Shown here piece after piece: positions 39,116 through 49,089 of a DNA stretch of 63,870 nt. The position numbers and the translations under genes are program-made. Every line of letters starts with the position of its first letter. Within the stretch, counting starts at the first letter, position 1. The notes below the pieces were generated by a model. It worked only from the letters and a program-made list of their open reading frames with translations. It made no database searches and was not told the origin of the DNA. This stretch comes from Chiloscyllium plagiosum (taxonomy: Eukaryota), in assembly GCF_004010195.1 (NCBI RefSeq), contig NC_057759.1, forward strand, positions 4,206,431 to 4,270,300, in the 5' to 3' direction.

Positions 39116-39857
39116 AAAGAAAAAGGGGAAATTGTGGAATATAGGTAAAGTAGTGTTGCTTCTGCAATTATAATTACTTATACAAAGTAAATGAACTCAC
39201 ACCATTGTGTAATTGTTTCAGCCAAGAGCTGAGTCAACAAGAATGGAAACTATGTGGAGGAAATACATAATTATTTTTGCATTAGCTAAAATGTGCAAGA
39301 ATGAAACGTGACTGCAAAACAATGGTAGATATTACAGGCGAATAGATAAGATGCTGTGAGGGGAGGAAGTTAAGCTAGATACGCCTGTACAAACAGTATG
39401 TATAAACATCGGTTTCCCCCTTTAACGAAACACAGGAACAAACCCCAATTAAAAGGGTCATAAGGATCATTATGGTAGGGGAAGGCACAGATGGAGGGAG
39501 TAGACAATGGTGAAGAACGGATATGCCTAACAATGACCCACAGCAGGATGAGGTCAAACGGCCTTGTGAGGCCAGAATTAAGCATTTTGTCACAGACAAG
39601 GCCGGATAAGGCAAGAGATAAACAGGAGTAATGGGTGCCGGTCTTAGAGAAGTGGAAGATGTAAACAGGGGAGGCGCAATGAAATAAAAAAAACAAATTA
39701 TATAAATATCGTGTATTAATTGAATTCAGTGTGTGTGTCCCTTGCCTTGTAGACAGTGGACATCACACCCTCTTGCAAGAGTAAAATAAAGGACACTACT
39801 GATTCAGATTTTGTCTCGGACTGAAATTATTGAAGTGTGTGAGCTTAGTTTCTCACA
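39116..39857 (+). repeat. Polypurine tract (39116-39132) and ERV 3' LTR (39133-39857)
   Basis: AAAGAAAAAGGGGAAAT followed by TGTG...CTCACA. Confidence 0.95.
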
Positions 39858-39897
39858 CTCTCATTTATCTCTCCATCCTTCAGGCACTCTGCCTGTA

Positions 39898-39931
39898 TTC
39901 CTGATGAAGGGCTTTTGCCCGAAACGTCGAT
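39898..39931 (+). ncRNA. Minimal type I hammerhead ribozyme in Penelope pLTR
   Basis: ttc-CTGATGA-a-GGGC-tttt-GCCC-GAAAC-GTC-ga; palindromic ACGT stem III, GUC cleavage triplet. Confidence 0.8.
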
Positions 39932-40466
39932 TTTACTGCTCCTCTGATGCTGCCTGAACTGCTGTGCTTTTCCAGCACCACTGATCCAAGGAGAAGATGC
40001 ATCTTACGATTGGCGGTCTACGTCTTTAGTTCTATGCCTGGTCGACTCGAACCCGGGTCTCTGGCGCTGTTTTGTCTGACTTCAAATTGCAGTAAATGAG
40101 GCTTTCTGCTGTCAGTGAGAGATTTTCGAAATGAAGCGAGATCAAACCAGAGCAGCTGCAGGACTGGAATAGCAAATATGGAGCTTTTGCTGATGTCAGA
40201 ACTGGTGCCAAAGGGCTGGGCGACATTAAAATATTGTCTAAAGACGATTAATGAGCTGACCCGGAAGAACGTTCTGTAATGTTTAATCAACATACCGGAG
40301 TGTTTTTGAAATGTAAAATGAAGAGATTAATTGCATATTGCAGTTCTTGGCGCTTCTTTTGTGTTTGTGCCAGTTCTGCAGGTCCAGAAAAGAAAAAAAA
40401 AATGTAGAAAGAGATAGATGTGGTTAGGCAAATGGATGAGCGAGAGAGATTGTCTGAAGAATGATT

Positions 40467-40662
40467 TGGAGATGCCGGTGATGGACTGGGCTGTACAAAG
40501 TTAAAAATCACACAACACCAGGTTATAGTCCAACAGGTTTAATTGGAAGCACACTAGCTTTCAGAGACATCCACCTGATGAAGGAGCCGTGCTCCGAAAG
40601 CTAGTGTCCTTCCAATTAAACCTGTTGGACTATAACCTGGTGTTGTGTGATTTTTAACTTTG
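40467..40662. mobile_element. Fold-back Penelope pLTR mini-element with hammerhead
   Basis: ~66-bp inverted arms 40496-40562 and 40596-40662; cac-CTGATGA-a-GGAGC-cgt-GCTCC-GAAA-GCTA-gtg at 40572-40606. Confidence 0.8.
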
Positions 40663-41714
40663 AAGTATATATTTGTAACCGAATTAACAAGTATTGATGG
40701 ATTCTCCTCTGAGCAACGTCCTCTTTTTCAATGCAAAACATACCCCGTTGTTTGTAAATCGGCGGGCTCTTCAAATTGGAAAGAAAGTTGTTGATGATTT
40801 GGCGCTGGCTTCAAGAGAAGGAAACGTGCCCTCTCTACTCCCTGCCTCTTGGGAGCACATTAAACACCAGTAAATCTTTTTTTTTCCTTTGTTTGCTGCT
40901 ATTTGCTCAAGGTACTCTCTAACATTTGATTATTCCAGGAGCTACAAGCCCCGGTTGGCATGTGAGCCCTGATTGTCACCCCCGGAAAACAGACCCACGG
41001 ATAGATACATTACACACTGATTTTTCAATTTCCAAAACCCGCGCGGGTTCTGTTGGGTGGGAATGATGATTGAACGATGTAAATGAGGCTTTCTGCTGTC
41101 GGCTAGAAAGTTTCAAAATGAACGAGATCAAACCAGAACCAGAACAGTTGCCGGACTGGAATAGTTAATGTGGAGCTTTTGCCATAAAGGAGCACGATAT
41201 TAAAATAATATCTAAGAGCGGTGTTCGTTATTAATGCGCTCCCGGCAAAGAACGTTCATGAAATCCTGACAGGGCTGAATGAGGGCATTCGGCCCATCGA
41301 GTCTGAATCTTCCCTTCGAAGAGAATCTCGAATCCTATAAATAGCTTCTGGACTCAGTACCCTAAAGAAAAGTTGGGTGAACTGGACTTTTATAATCGAA
41401 AAGCAAATTAATGACTCAATACAAATGCGTTGTGTTCTGTAAAACGGCCTTCTCTGATCTACATTGTGGCGGGACTTTCAAATGTGAAAGAAAACAGTTG
41501 ATGATTTGGCGCCATGTTTTCCCGCCTGCTTTCTCAGCAATGACCATATATTTACAGTTGGTGGGAACACCAAGGGAGACAATGAGGAGAAAGGAGATTT
41601 CGTCCGGAATAAACATTCCCCGACCTAATATATTGTGAGAAAATTACATAACATTCATGGCAATGTACTAATCACTGCTGCTGAAAGCCGCGTGTCTTCC
41701 GACTAACCCTCCGC

Positions 41715-42258
41715 TCAGGTGGTTGTGGAGGGCTCAATCCTAACACAGAATTTATAGCAAAAAATTACAGTGTGATGTAACTGAAATTATACATTGATAA
41801 TTTGATTGTCTCTTTCATCTGTTAGAATACCGTGATAGTTTCACTTCTTTCATGTTTTTTATAAGTTGCATTCTCGGGATAATTGTTAACAATGGTGATA
41901 GTTGGACAATATGTTGAAGATGTTGGCCCCCTGTATTGTCTGTCTATGCCATGATGTTTAGATTGATTCTAATCTAAAAAGTGAGCTAACTCGAGAATGC
42001 AACTTCTTTCAAAAAGGGTTTTGTGATTTACACATGAAAGAAGTGAAACTATCACGGTATTCTAACAGATGAAAGGCTTAACAGACAATCAAATTTTCAA
42101 TGTATAATTTCAGTTACATCGCACTGTAAATTTTTGCTATAAATTGTGTTAGGATTGAGCCCTCCACTACCACCTGATGAAGGAGCGATGCTCCGAAAGT
42201 TAGTGCTTCCAATTAAACCTGTTGGACTATAACCTGGTGTTGTGTGATTTTTAATTTC
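41715..42258. mobile_element. Penelope pLTR-derived element with ~140-bp inverted arms and hammerhead
   Basis: 41715-41855 is inverted at 42032-42178; hammerhead core at 42171-42205; same 3' end as 40596-40662. Confidence 0.8.
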
Positions 42259-42501
42259 AAAATACGTCACATTCGTGACTAAGTCGCGAAGTGAAATAAC
42301 CAGATGGAGATCAATAAACCTTCTCTATGTGATGCTTTGCCCATTCACAGGTCTGCGCTCTCGTAAACCAAGGCACGAGTGTTTATTTGATTTATTCAGA
42401 TCAATTAGTGTCTAATGTAGGTCTGCGCTCGGCGCCGGGACAGGGAACATTTGTTCCGGGCTCACCTCTTTCCTGGGTTAAGAGCCTTTGGGTTCAGATG
42501 G

Positions 42502-43173
42502 TTACATGTTACACTGACTGGTTAATTTCTTTGTCGCTGTCTTGGTCACTTTCGCTTTGGGCTTGGCCTTGCTTTTAGCCAGTTTGCTGAGGGGTTTGGG
42601 GGCTTTAGGGCCCTTGCCCTTTTTCACCTTCTTCACGGGAGTCCATTTCTTTGGGGCTGCTTTGCTCACCGCTTTCTTTGGCGGTGCCGTCTTCTTGCCG
42701 CTCGCTTTCTTGGCTGGGGATTTCTTGACTGTCGCTTTCTTGGCCTGGGATTTCTTTGCTGTCGCCTTCTTGGCCAGGGATTTCTTCACGGCCAGTTTCT
42801 TGGCGGCCGCTGATGTTCCCGCCTTCTTTCCCGCTTTTGCCTTGACTGGATTCTTAGGGAGTTTGAAGGAGCTGGAGACGCCCTGGCCCTTGACCAGAAC
42901 AAGGGAGCCGTTCGCCAGGCACTTCCTGATACTCATCTTGATCTGTGCCTTTCGCTTTCCCACATCGATCCCGCTTCTCTCCAGCGCCTTCTTTATAGCG
43001 GACAGAGACGCCCCTTTGCGATCCTTGATATCCCCGACAACCTTCAGAATCAGCTCTCCCAACCCGGGACCGGGTGTTCTTTTCCTGGGAGCCGCTGCCT
43101 TCTTCTTGGGAGCCTTGGCTTTGGTGGGAGCGGAGGCTGGAGGAGCCGTTTCGGCGGCTGCACTGTCGCTCAT
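42502..43173 (-). CDS. H1: Histone H1 (linker histone), 223 aa
   Basis: MSDSAAAETAPPA N-tail, globular domain (LILKVV..RKGASLSAIKKAL..GSLVLVKGQGVSSSFKL), K/A/P-rich C-tail; intronless; ORF open. Confidence 0.93.
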   Translation of the reverse strand: MSDSAAAETAPPASAPTKAKAPKKKAAAPRKRTPGPGLGELILKVVGDIKDRKGASLSAIKKALERSGIDVGKRKAQIKMSIRKCLANGSLVLVKGQGVSSSFKLPKNPVKAKAGKKAGTSAAAKKLAVKKSLAKKATAKKSQAKKATVKKSPAKKASGKKTAPPKKAVSKAAPKKWTPVKKVKKGKGPKAPKPLSKLAKSKAKPKAKVTKTATKKLTSQCNM

Positions 43174-43239
43174 GTTGAGAACTCTGCGCTGACTCTCTCT
43201 CTGGGTCAGTCTGAACTGGGTCAGCAATGAAGCTGCTGG

Positions 43240-43680
43240 GGCGGCACTGAGCAACTTCAAGGCAGCGAGCGGACGGCGCAGGGACAACCTGCTGTCAGCT
43301 CCCTGCTCCTGCTGCCTCTCTGTGTTTCTCTAACGGCCTAAACTCTCCGCTTCCTCTGAAATTCCGCATCTCCAGAGAGCACGGCTCGATCGCTCCTCAC
43401 CCTGACACGGCAAGCTTTACGGCCGAAAAGTTTTCACTCGAATTGACGGCTCCGTTGTCGAGTTAAACGCGTTTTGCTGATGCACTGGTGGTGCTCTCTG
43501 AGCTAACGGTGACATTGTCGCTACTTTTAGACCGAAATCTTGAAACTAACAAATATATTGCCTTCAAATCTACCTTTGGGGTTTAGAAGGGGAGCAGGGG
43601 GATAACTTGAAATGAAAATATTTTTGAGTTATATAAGAGAGACTTGGAAATATATTAGCGGACACAAAAACACAGTTACG
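43240..43680 (-). promoter_or_regulatory. H1 promoter: AC (H1) box and upstream TG box
   Basis: AAACACA at 43321-43327 (minus strand) and TGTGTTT at 43668-43674, 347 bp further upstream; GC-rich element near 43270. Confidence 0.65.
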
Positions 43681-44640
43681 TTCAACCAAACCGTCCGCCC
43701 TTTTCCTGCAGTCTCTCTGATACAATATTCACATTCACACAGTCTCACGCCAGAAATATCACCAAATGTAACTGTGGAAGGATAGAATTTCTCCTACTTT
43801 CAGCCTTTGCTCTGATGTCCAAGGAGTTAGTTGTAGTTTTTCTCCTCAGTAGCTGTTACACTCTCATCAGCTCTACTGTTTACATCCTCAAAGATGGTCA
43901 GTCGTTTTGTCAAGCTTAGAAGACAGAACAGTATGCACTGGAACAGGCCCTTCATATCCATGCTGATTCTAGCAGATCCTGAATACTGCTTTGTCAAATG
44001 CTTCACAATTGAAGCTTTCATTTTGATTTTTCCCCGTAGGATGACTGTTGCATAGTTCCCAATTTTATATCTACCTCCCTTTTCCATTGGATTGCTTACA
44101 CTAGCTAGCCCCCAATCTGTGTGAATTATTGCAGAGCTTACAGGCCTTTTCTTTGGACCAAAAACTATCTTGAATAGCCGTTTCAAGTTTCACAACATTC
44201 TTTCCATAGGAGAGAAACCAGAATTGCACATAATATTCCAAAAGTGGCATAACCAATGTTCTGTACACCCACAATGTATTCTCCTAAGTTACATACTCAA
44301 AGCCACCAGTAAGGGAAAACATATAAATGCCTTCTTTACTATCCATCTAACTATAACTCTACTTTCAAGCAACAATGAATCTGCATTCCAACATCTCTTA
44401 GTTCAGCAACACTCCACAGGACCTTAATATTAAGTGTGTAAGTCCTGCCCTGATTTGCCTTTGCAAATGTTTGCACCTCATATTGATTTAAATTGAACTC
44501 AATATGCCACTCCTGGGTTGAGATCCTGCTGTATTCTGAGGTAGCCTTCTTTGCAGGCCACTACACCTCCAATTTTTGTGTAATCTGCAAACTTATTAAC
44601 AATAGGTGCAACTGCACATCCAAATCATTCATAATAATGT

Positions 44641-44829
44641 GGAGGTGCTAGTGTTGGACCGAGGTGTACAAATTTAAAAATGACACAACACCAGGCTATA
44701 CTCCAGCAGGTTTATTTGGAAGTACAAGCTTTCAGAGCATCGGCACCTGACAGAGAAGCAGCAATCTGAAAGCTTGTACTTCCAAATAAACCTGTTGGAC
44801 GATAACCTGGTGTTGTCATTTTTTAAACT
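44641..44829. mobile_element. Fold-back Penelope pLTR mini-element (degenerate hammerhead)
   Basis: Inverted arms at ~44672-44736 and ~44765-44828; same family as 40467. Confidence 0.75.
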
Positions 44830-45043
44830 AAAATCATTTATATAAATGATGAAAAGCAGTGGACCCAGCAGTGATTCTTGTAGCACATCACTTGTCACAG
44901 GCCTCCAGTCTGAAAAACATCTCTCCACTATCACTCCCTGTCTTCTACCTTCAAACAAGTTCTGTATCCAAATGACGAGTTCTCCCTGTATTCCATGTGA
45001 TCTAATCTTGCTAATCAATTTCCCATGGGGAACTTTGTCAAAT

Positions 45044-45160
45044 CCGAAAATGTGTTGCTGGAAAAGCGCAGCAGGTCAGGCAGCATCCAGGGAACAGGAG
45101 AATCGACATTTCGGGCATAAGCCCTTCTTCAGCATCTGCAGACCTCACTTTCTCCTCAAA
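45044..45160. mobile_element. Penelope pLTR mini-insertion
   Basis: TSD GAACTTTGTCAAAT at 45030-45043 and 45161-45174. Confidence 0.85.
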
Positions 45161-45354
45161 GAACTTTGTCAAATGTCTTACTGAAGGCCATATAGATCAC
45201 ATCCACCACTTTGCCCTCATCTTCCTTACCAATTAAAACAAAACTCAATTGAGTTAGTGTTACATGACTTCCCACGCAGAAAGCCATGTTGACTACCAAT
45301 AAAATAATCCTAGCCTTTTGAAAAGGTGTAAATTCTGTCTCCCAGAATCACAGT

Positions 45355-45680
45355 GGGCGGCACGGTGGCACAGTGGTTAGCACTGCTGCCTCACAGCGCC
45401 AGAGACCCAGGTTCAATTCCCGACTCAGGCGACTGACTGTGTGGAGTTTGCACGTTCTCCCCGTGTCTGCGTGGGGGTGCTCCGGTTTCCTCCCACTGTC
45501 CAAAGATGTGCAGGTCAGGTGAATTGGCCATGCTAAATTGCCCGTAGTGTTAGGTAAGGGGTAAATGTAGGGGTATGGGTGGGTTGCGCTTCGGCGGGGC
45601 GGTGTGGACTTGTTGGGCCGAAGGGCCTGTTTCCACACTGTAAGAAATCTAATCTAATCTAAGAAATCTAATCTAATCTA
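45355..45680 (+). mobile_element. HE1-type SINE
   Basis: Full head, V-domain and (AATCT)n tail. Confidence 0.92.
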
Positions 45681-48589
45681 AATCTTCTCACCTCAACTGT
45701 GTGCCTACTATCGATGTTACGCTCACGGTTCAGTAGTTCCCTGGTTTTGCCTTACCACCATTCTTAAACAGTGGTACCACTTTGGCCAACCTCCAGTCAT
45801 TTTGCACCTCAACCGTGACTATTAATGATACAAATATCTCAGCAAGGGGCCCAGCAATCATTTCCCGTGTTCCAGGGGACACCTGATCACGTGCTCATGC
45901 TTTATGTTTAAAACCATCCAGTAGCACCTCCTCTGTATTATGAACATTTTTCAAGATTTCACCATCTATTTCCCTCGTTCTGCATCTTCCATTTCCTTCT
46001 CCTCAGTAAGAACTCGCTTAGTACCTCCCACATTTCCTGTTGTTCCACACATACGCCGCCCTGTAAATCTTTGCTTGGCCCTTTTGTCCTTCATGTATTT
46101 ATAAAATCTGTTTAAATTCTCCCTAACGATATTTGCCAAAAGTATCTTATGTCCTATTTTTGCCCTACTGATTTCCATCTTAAGTTTTTCCCAATTGCCT
46201 TTATACTCTTTGAAGGATTCAGTCAACCTCTGCTGTATTTAACTAATGTATGCTTCCTTCTCATTCGGACCAAAACCTTAACTTCTTTTCTCATCCAGCA
46301 TTTCCTACACTTACCAGACCTGTCTTTCACTCAAACAGGAACAAACTGTCTCTGGACCCTCGTTTTCTCGTTGTTGAAGGCTTCCTATTTTCCAGCCATC
46401 CCTTTGCCTGTGAATATTTGCCGTCACTCAACTTTTGAAGGTTCTTGCATAATACTCTCAAAATTGGCCTTCCTCCAAATTAGAAATTTAACTTTGAGAT
46501 CTGCTAAATCCTTTTCAATAACAGTTTTAAATTATGGTCACTGGCCCCAAAATGCTCCCCCACTGACACATCATTATATCCCAAGTGTAGGTCAAATTTT
46601 GCACCGTGGCTGGAAGGTACATTCACATACTGAATCAGAAAATTTTCTTGTACACACTTAAGGAATTCCTTTCTGTTGAAACCATTAACAAAATGGCAGT
46701 CCCAATCAATGTTTGGAATATTGAAATCCCTCACCATAACCACACCAGTATTCCTGCAGATCTAAGATCTCCTTACAAATTTGTTTCTCAATTTCCTCAT
46801 GACTGTTGGGGTGTCTACAGTTCAATCCCAGTAAGATGATCAAACCCTTTCTTATTTCTCAATTCCACCCAAATAATTCCCAGGAAAATCCTCCTTAAGT
46901 ATATCTGTGATCTTATCTCTTACCAAACACGTCACTCCCCATTTTCTCTTGCTGCCCGCCTCCCTCCATCCTTTGATTTCTGGAACATTAGCAGTTGTGT
47001 CCATCCCCGAACCATGTCTCTGTAATTGCTATGATATCCCAAGACCAATCCATTTTCCTAACCATGTACTGAGGTCATCCTTCTTTCCTGCTAGACCTCC
47101 TGTATTGAAATAAACGCAGTCATTCTCTGCTATGTTCCTGCCTGCCTGACTGTTTGACTTGCCAACTATAACCAGTCTCAGATCGATCTCTTTCCTCACA
47201 ATCTCCCTGGTTCCCGCCCCCACACCTTACTAGTTTAATCCCTCCCCAGCAGCTGCAGGAAATGTCCAGGCCAGTATATTAGACGCCTACCAATTCAGTT
47301 GCAATCCATGTATTTCATACAAGTCACGTCTTCCCCAGAAGAGATTCCAGTGATCCAAAAATATGAACCCTTCTCCCCTGCACCAGCTCCTGACTTCGGC
47401 ATTACCTTACTCTATCGTCATACTCCTACCCTCACTCGCTCGGAGCAGCGGGAGTAATCTACATGTTACTACCGGACAGGACCTCCTTTCTAAATTCTTG
47501 CCTCTTCCTTATTCTTCCTTCGGAATCTAATCCTTTCCCCTTCCTATGTAGTTAGTTGCAGTATTTACTCTGGCTGGTCCCTCTCGCTATGTGAATATTA
47601 TGTACTCTGTCCAAGATATCCTTGATCTTGGCACCAGGGAGGCAACATGCTATTCTGATTTCTCGCTGTCGGCAGGAGAGACGTCTGCCTGACAAAGAGA
47701 TTCGTGTTTTGTAATTTGTAAAAGGAGGACCTTCCAAATCGCGACTACTTCCATCTAAAGCGAATTAAGGCAGCTGATGTCGGGGAACAACGCCTTGATA
47801 TCGGACAATTTCCCCTCCAAGGCAGTCACCATGCTGACTTGGAAATAAAACCGCTTTCTTTCACTGTCACTGGATCAAGACCCTGGAACTCAGTGTTCAT
47901 GGCATTGTGGGCAGCACATGGACAACGGCGGTTCCAGAAGGTGGCTCACCACCGCCTTCTTAAAGGGATGGAGAATAAATGCTAGGCTCAGCCAGCGACA
48001 TCCACGTTCCAGGAGTGAATAAACAAAAACAGCTGGGGTCTCTCGTTGTGGCATACAATACATCACAAGGTTTCTGTCTGCAGCATCCACGACAAACTAA
48101 ATCGAGTCCCAGAGATGTTGTTGCACACCTGGTCTGACTTTTGCACGGCCCTCCAGACGCAGAAATAAGCTCTGACACTGTGATTCAAGACTCTCTCCAT
48201 CAGTTATTTTCTGCCTTCGTAAGAATGTTCCATTTATTCTATCTCTGTATGTTACTTTGAGTAAGGAATTAATATTTGTGGATGATGGTCACCAGGATTA
48301 AGTACCACAGTTAACATTCGATCTGACCATATGATATCGAATGGGGGAAGTACAGGGGATGGGCCGAGTGGCCGCCAGTTTCCCCACTCCCTGCTCAGAT
48401 TGTGAGAGAGCCGGAGGGAGGAGTTATTAACATAACCCGGGAATGAGCTCCATTGGAGCTTCATAAAGGGGCAATGTCCCAGCTTGAAACCTTCTCTGCC
48501 CTTTCCCCCACAACCCCAGTTCCTTTGGTCAAATTGAGAGAAAAGGGAATTGGGGAAATGACCAATTGATGTTTGTTTCTGGGAATCAG

Positions 48590-48960
48590 TGGATAAAGCA
48601 GCGCATGCGCAATGACTGTCCATGAGCAGAGGAGCGCATGCGTGAGGCCCTCCCCCAGCGCTGCCATTGAGGAGCATTTACTCAGTGAGTGCAAGAGGTT
48701 TGTTTGAAACAGACCGCAATGGAGAGATCAGCGCCCAGGGAAGCGAGGGAACAGCAGGCTCCTTCCAGCAGCACATCGGGATGGGAGCCTGGGACACAGG
48801 GGGCTCCGAGACCGGGATTGATTCGGAGTGAGTTCAGGGAGAACCGGGGGCTGTTTGTAAGAGGCCGAGCGGAGCAGGAACTGGTCCCGGAACTTGGAGT
48901 GAGCGGGCTGGGGGGAAGAGAGAGGCCTTTCTCGGGCTGTGTGGGCCTGCAGTCAGACTG
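48590..48960 (+). promoter_or_regulatory. CpG-rich promoter-like region with NRF1 sites and candidate first exon
   Basis: GCGCATGCGC at 48601-48610 and GCGCATGCGT at 48634-48643; GTGAGT donors near 48685 and 48828; high GC/CpG; direction uncertain. Confidence 0.55.
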
Positions 48961-49089
48961 AAGAACATCCTTTCCATTGTTACAGAGCTGATTAAACACA
49001 CATTGACTCAATTTCCAGAGAGAAATTTTCCAATCAAAAGTAAAATATCATGGAGGAATTACATTTTTTTTAGCATTACAGTGACCCAC

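Larger units (their letters stand above)
30837..39857 (+). mobile_element. Full-length defective class I (gamma-like) endogenous retrovirus
   Basis: Two ~720-bp LTRs (TG..CA), PBS, gag-pro-pol-env and PPT. Confidence 0.97.
44180..47700 (-). mobile_element. Decayed CR1 LINE with nested SINE and Penelope minis
   Basis: CCLPGAKIKDI (ORF1), DFNIPNIDW, GEHFGASDHN, SHGIQGEL, SDVLQESLLGPLLFIIYIND. Confidence 0.85.

Noticed and set aside
40030..40072. tRNA-like B box (GGTTCGAGTC, minus strand)
   Set aside because: No A box or cloverleaf; matches the HE1 SINE head
42542..43192. 216-aa hydrophobic plus-strand ORF
   Set aside because: Antisense shadow of Lys/Ala-rich H1 codons
43174..43287. 38-aa N-terminal extension of H1 in the ORF track
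   Set aside because: Non-ATG start lying in the promoter/5' UTR; the canonical MS start is at 43173
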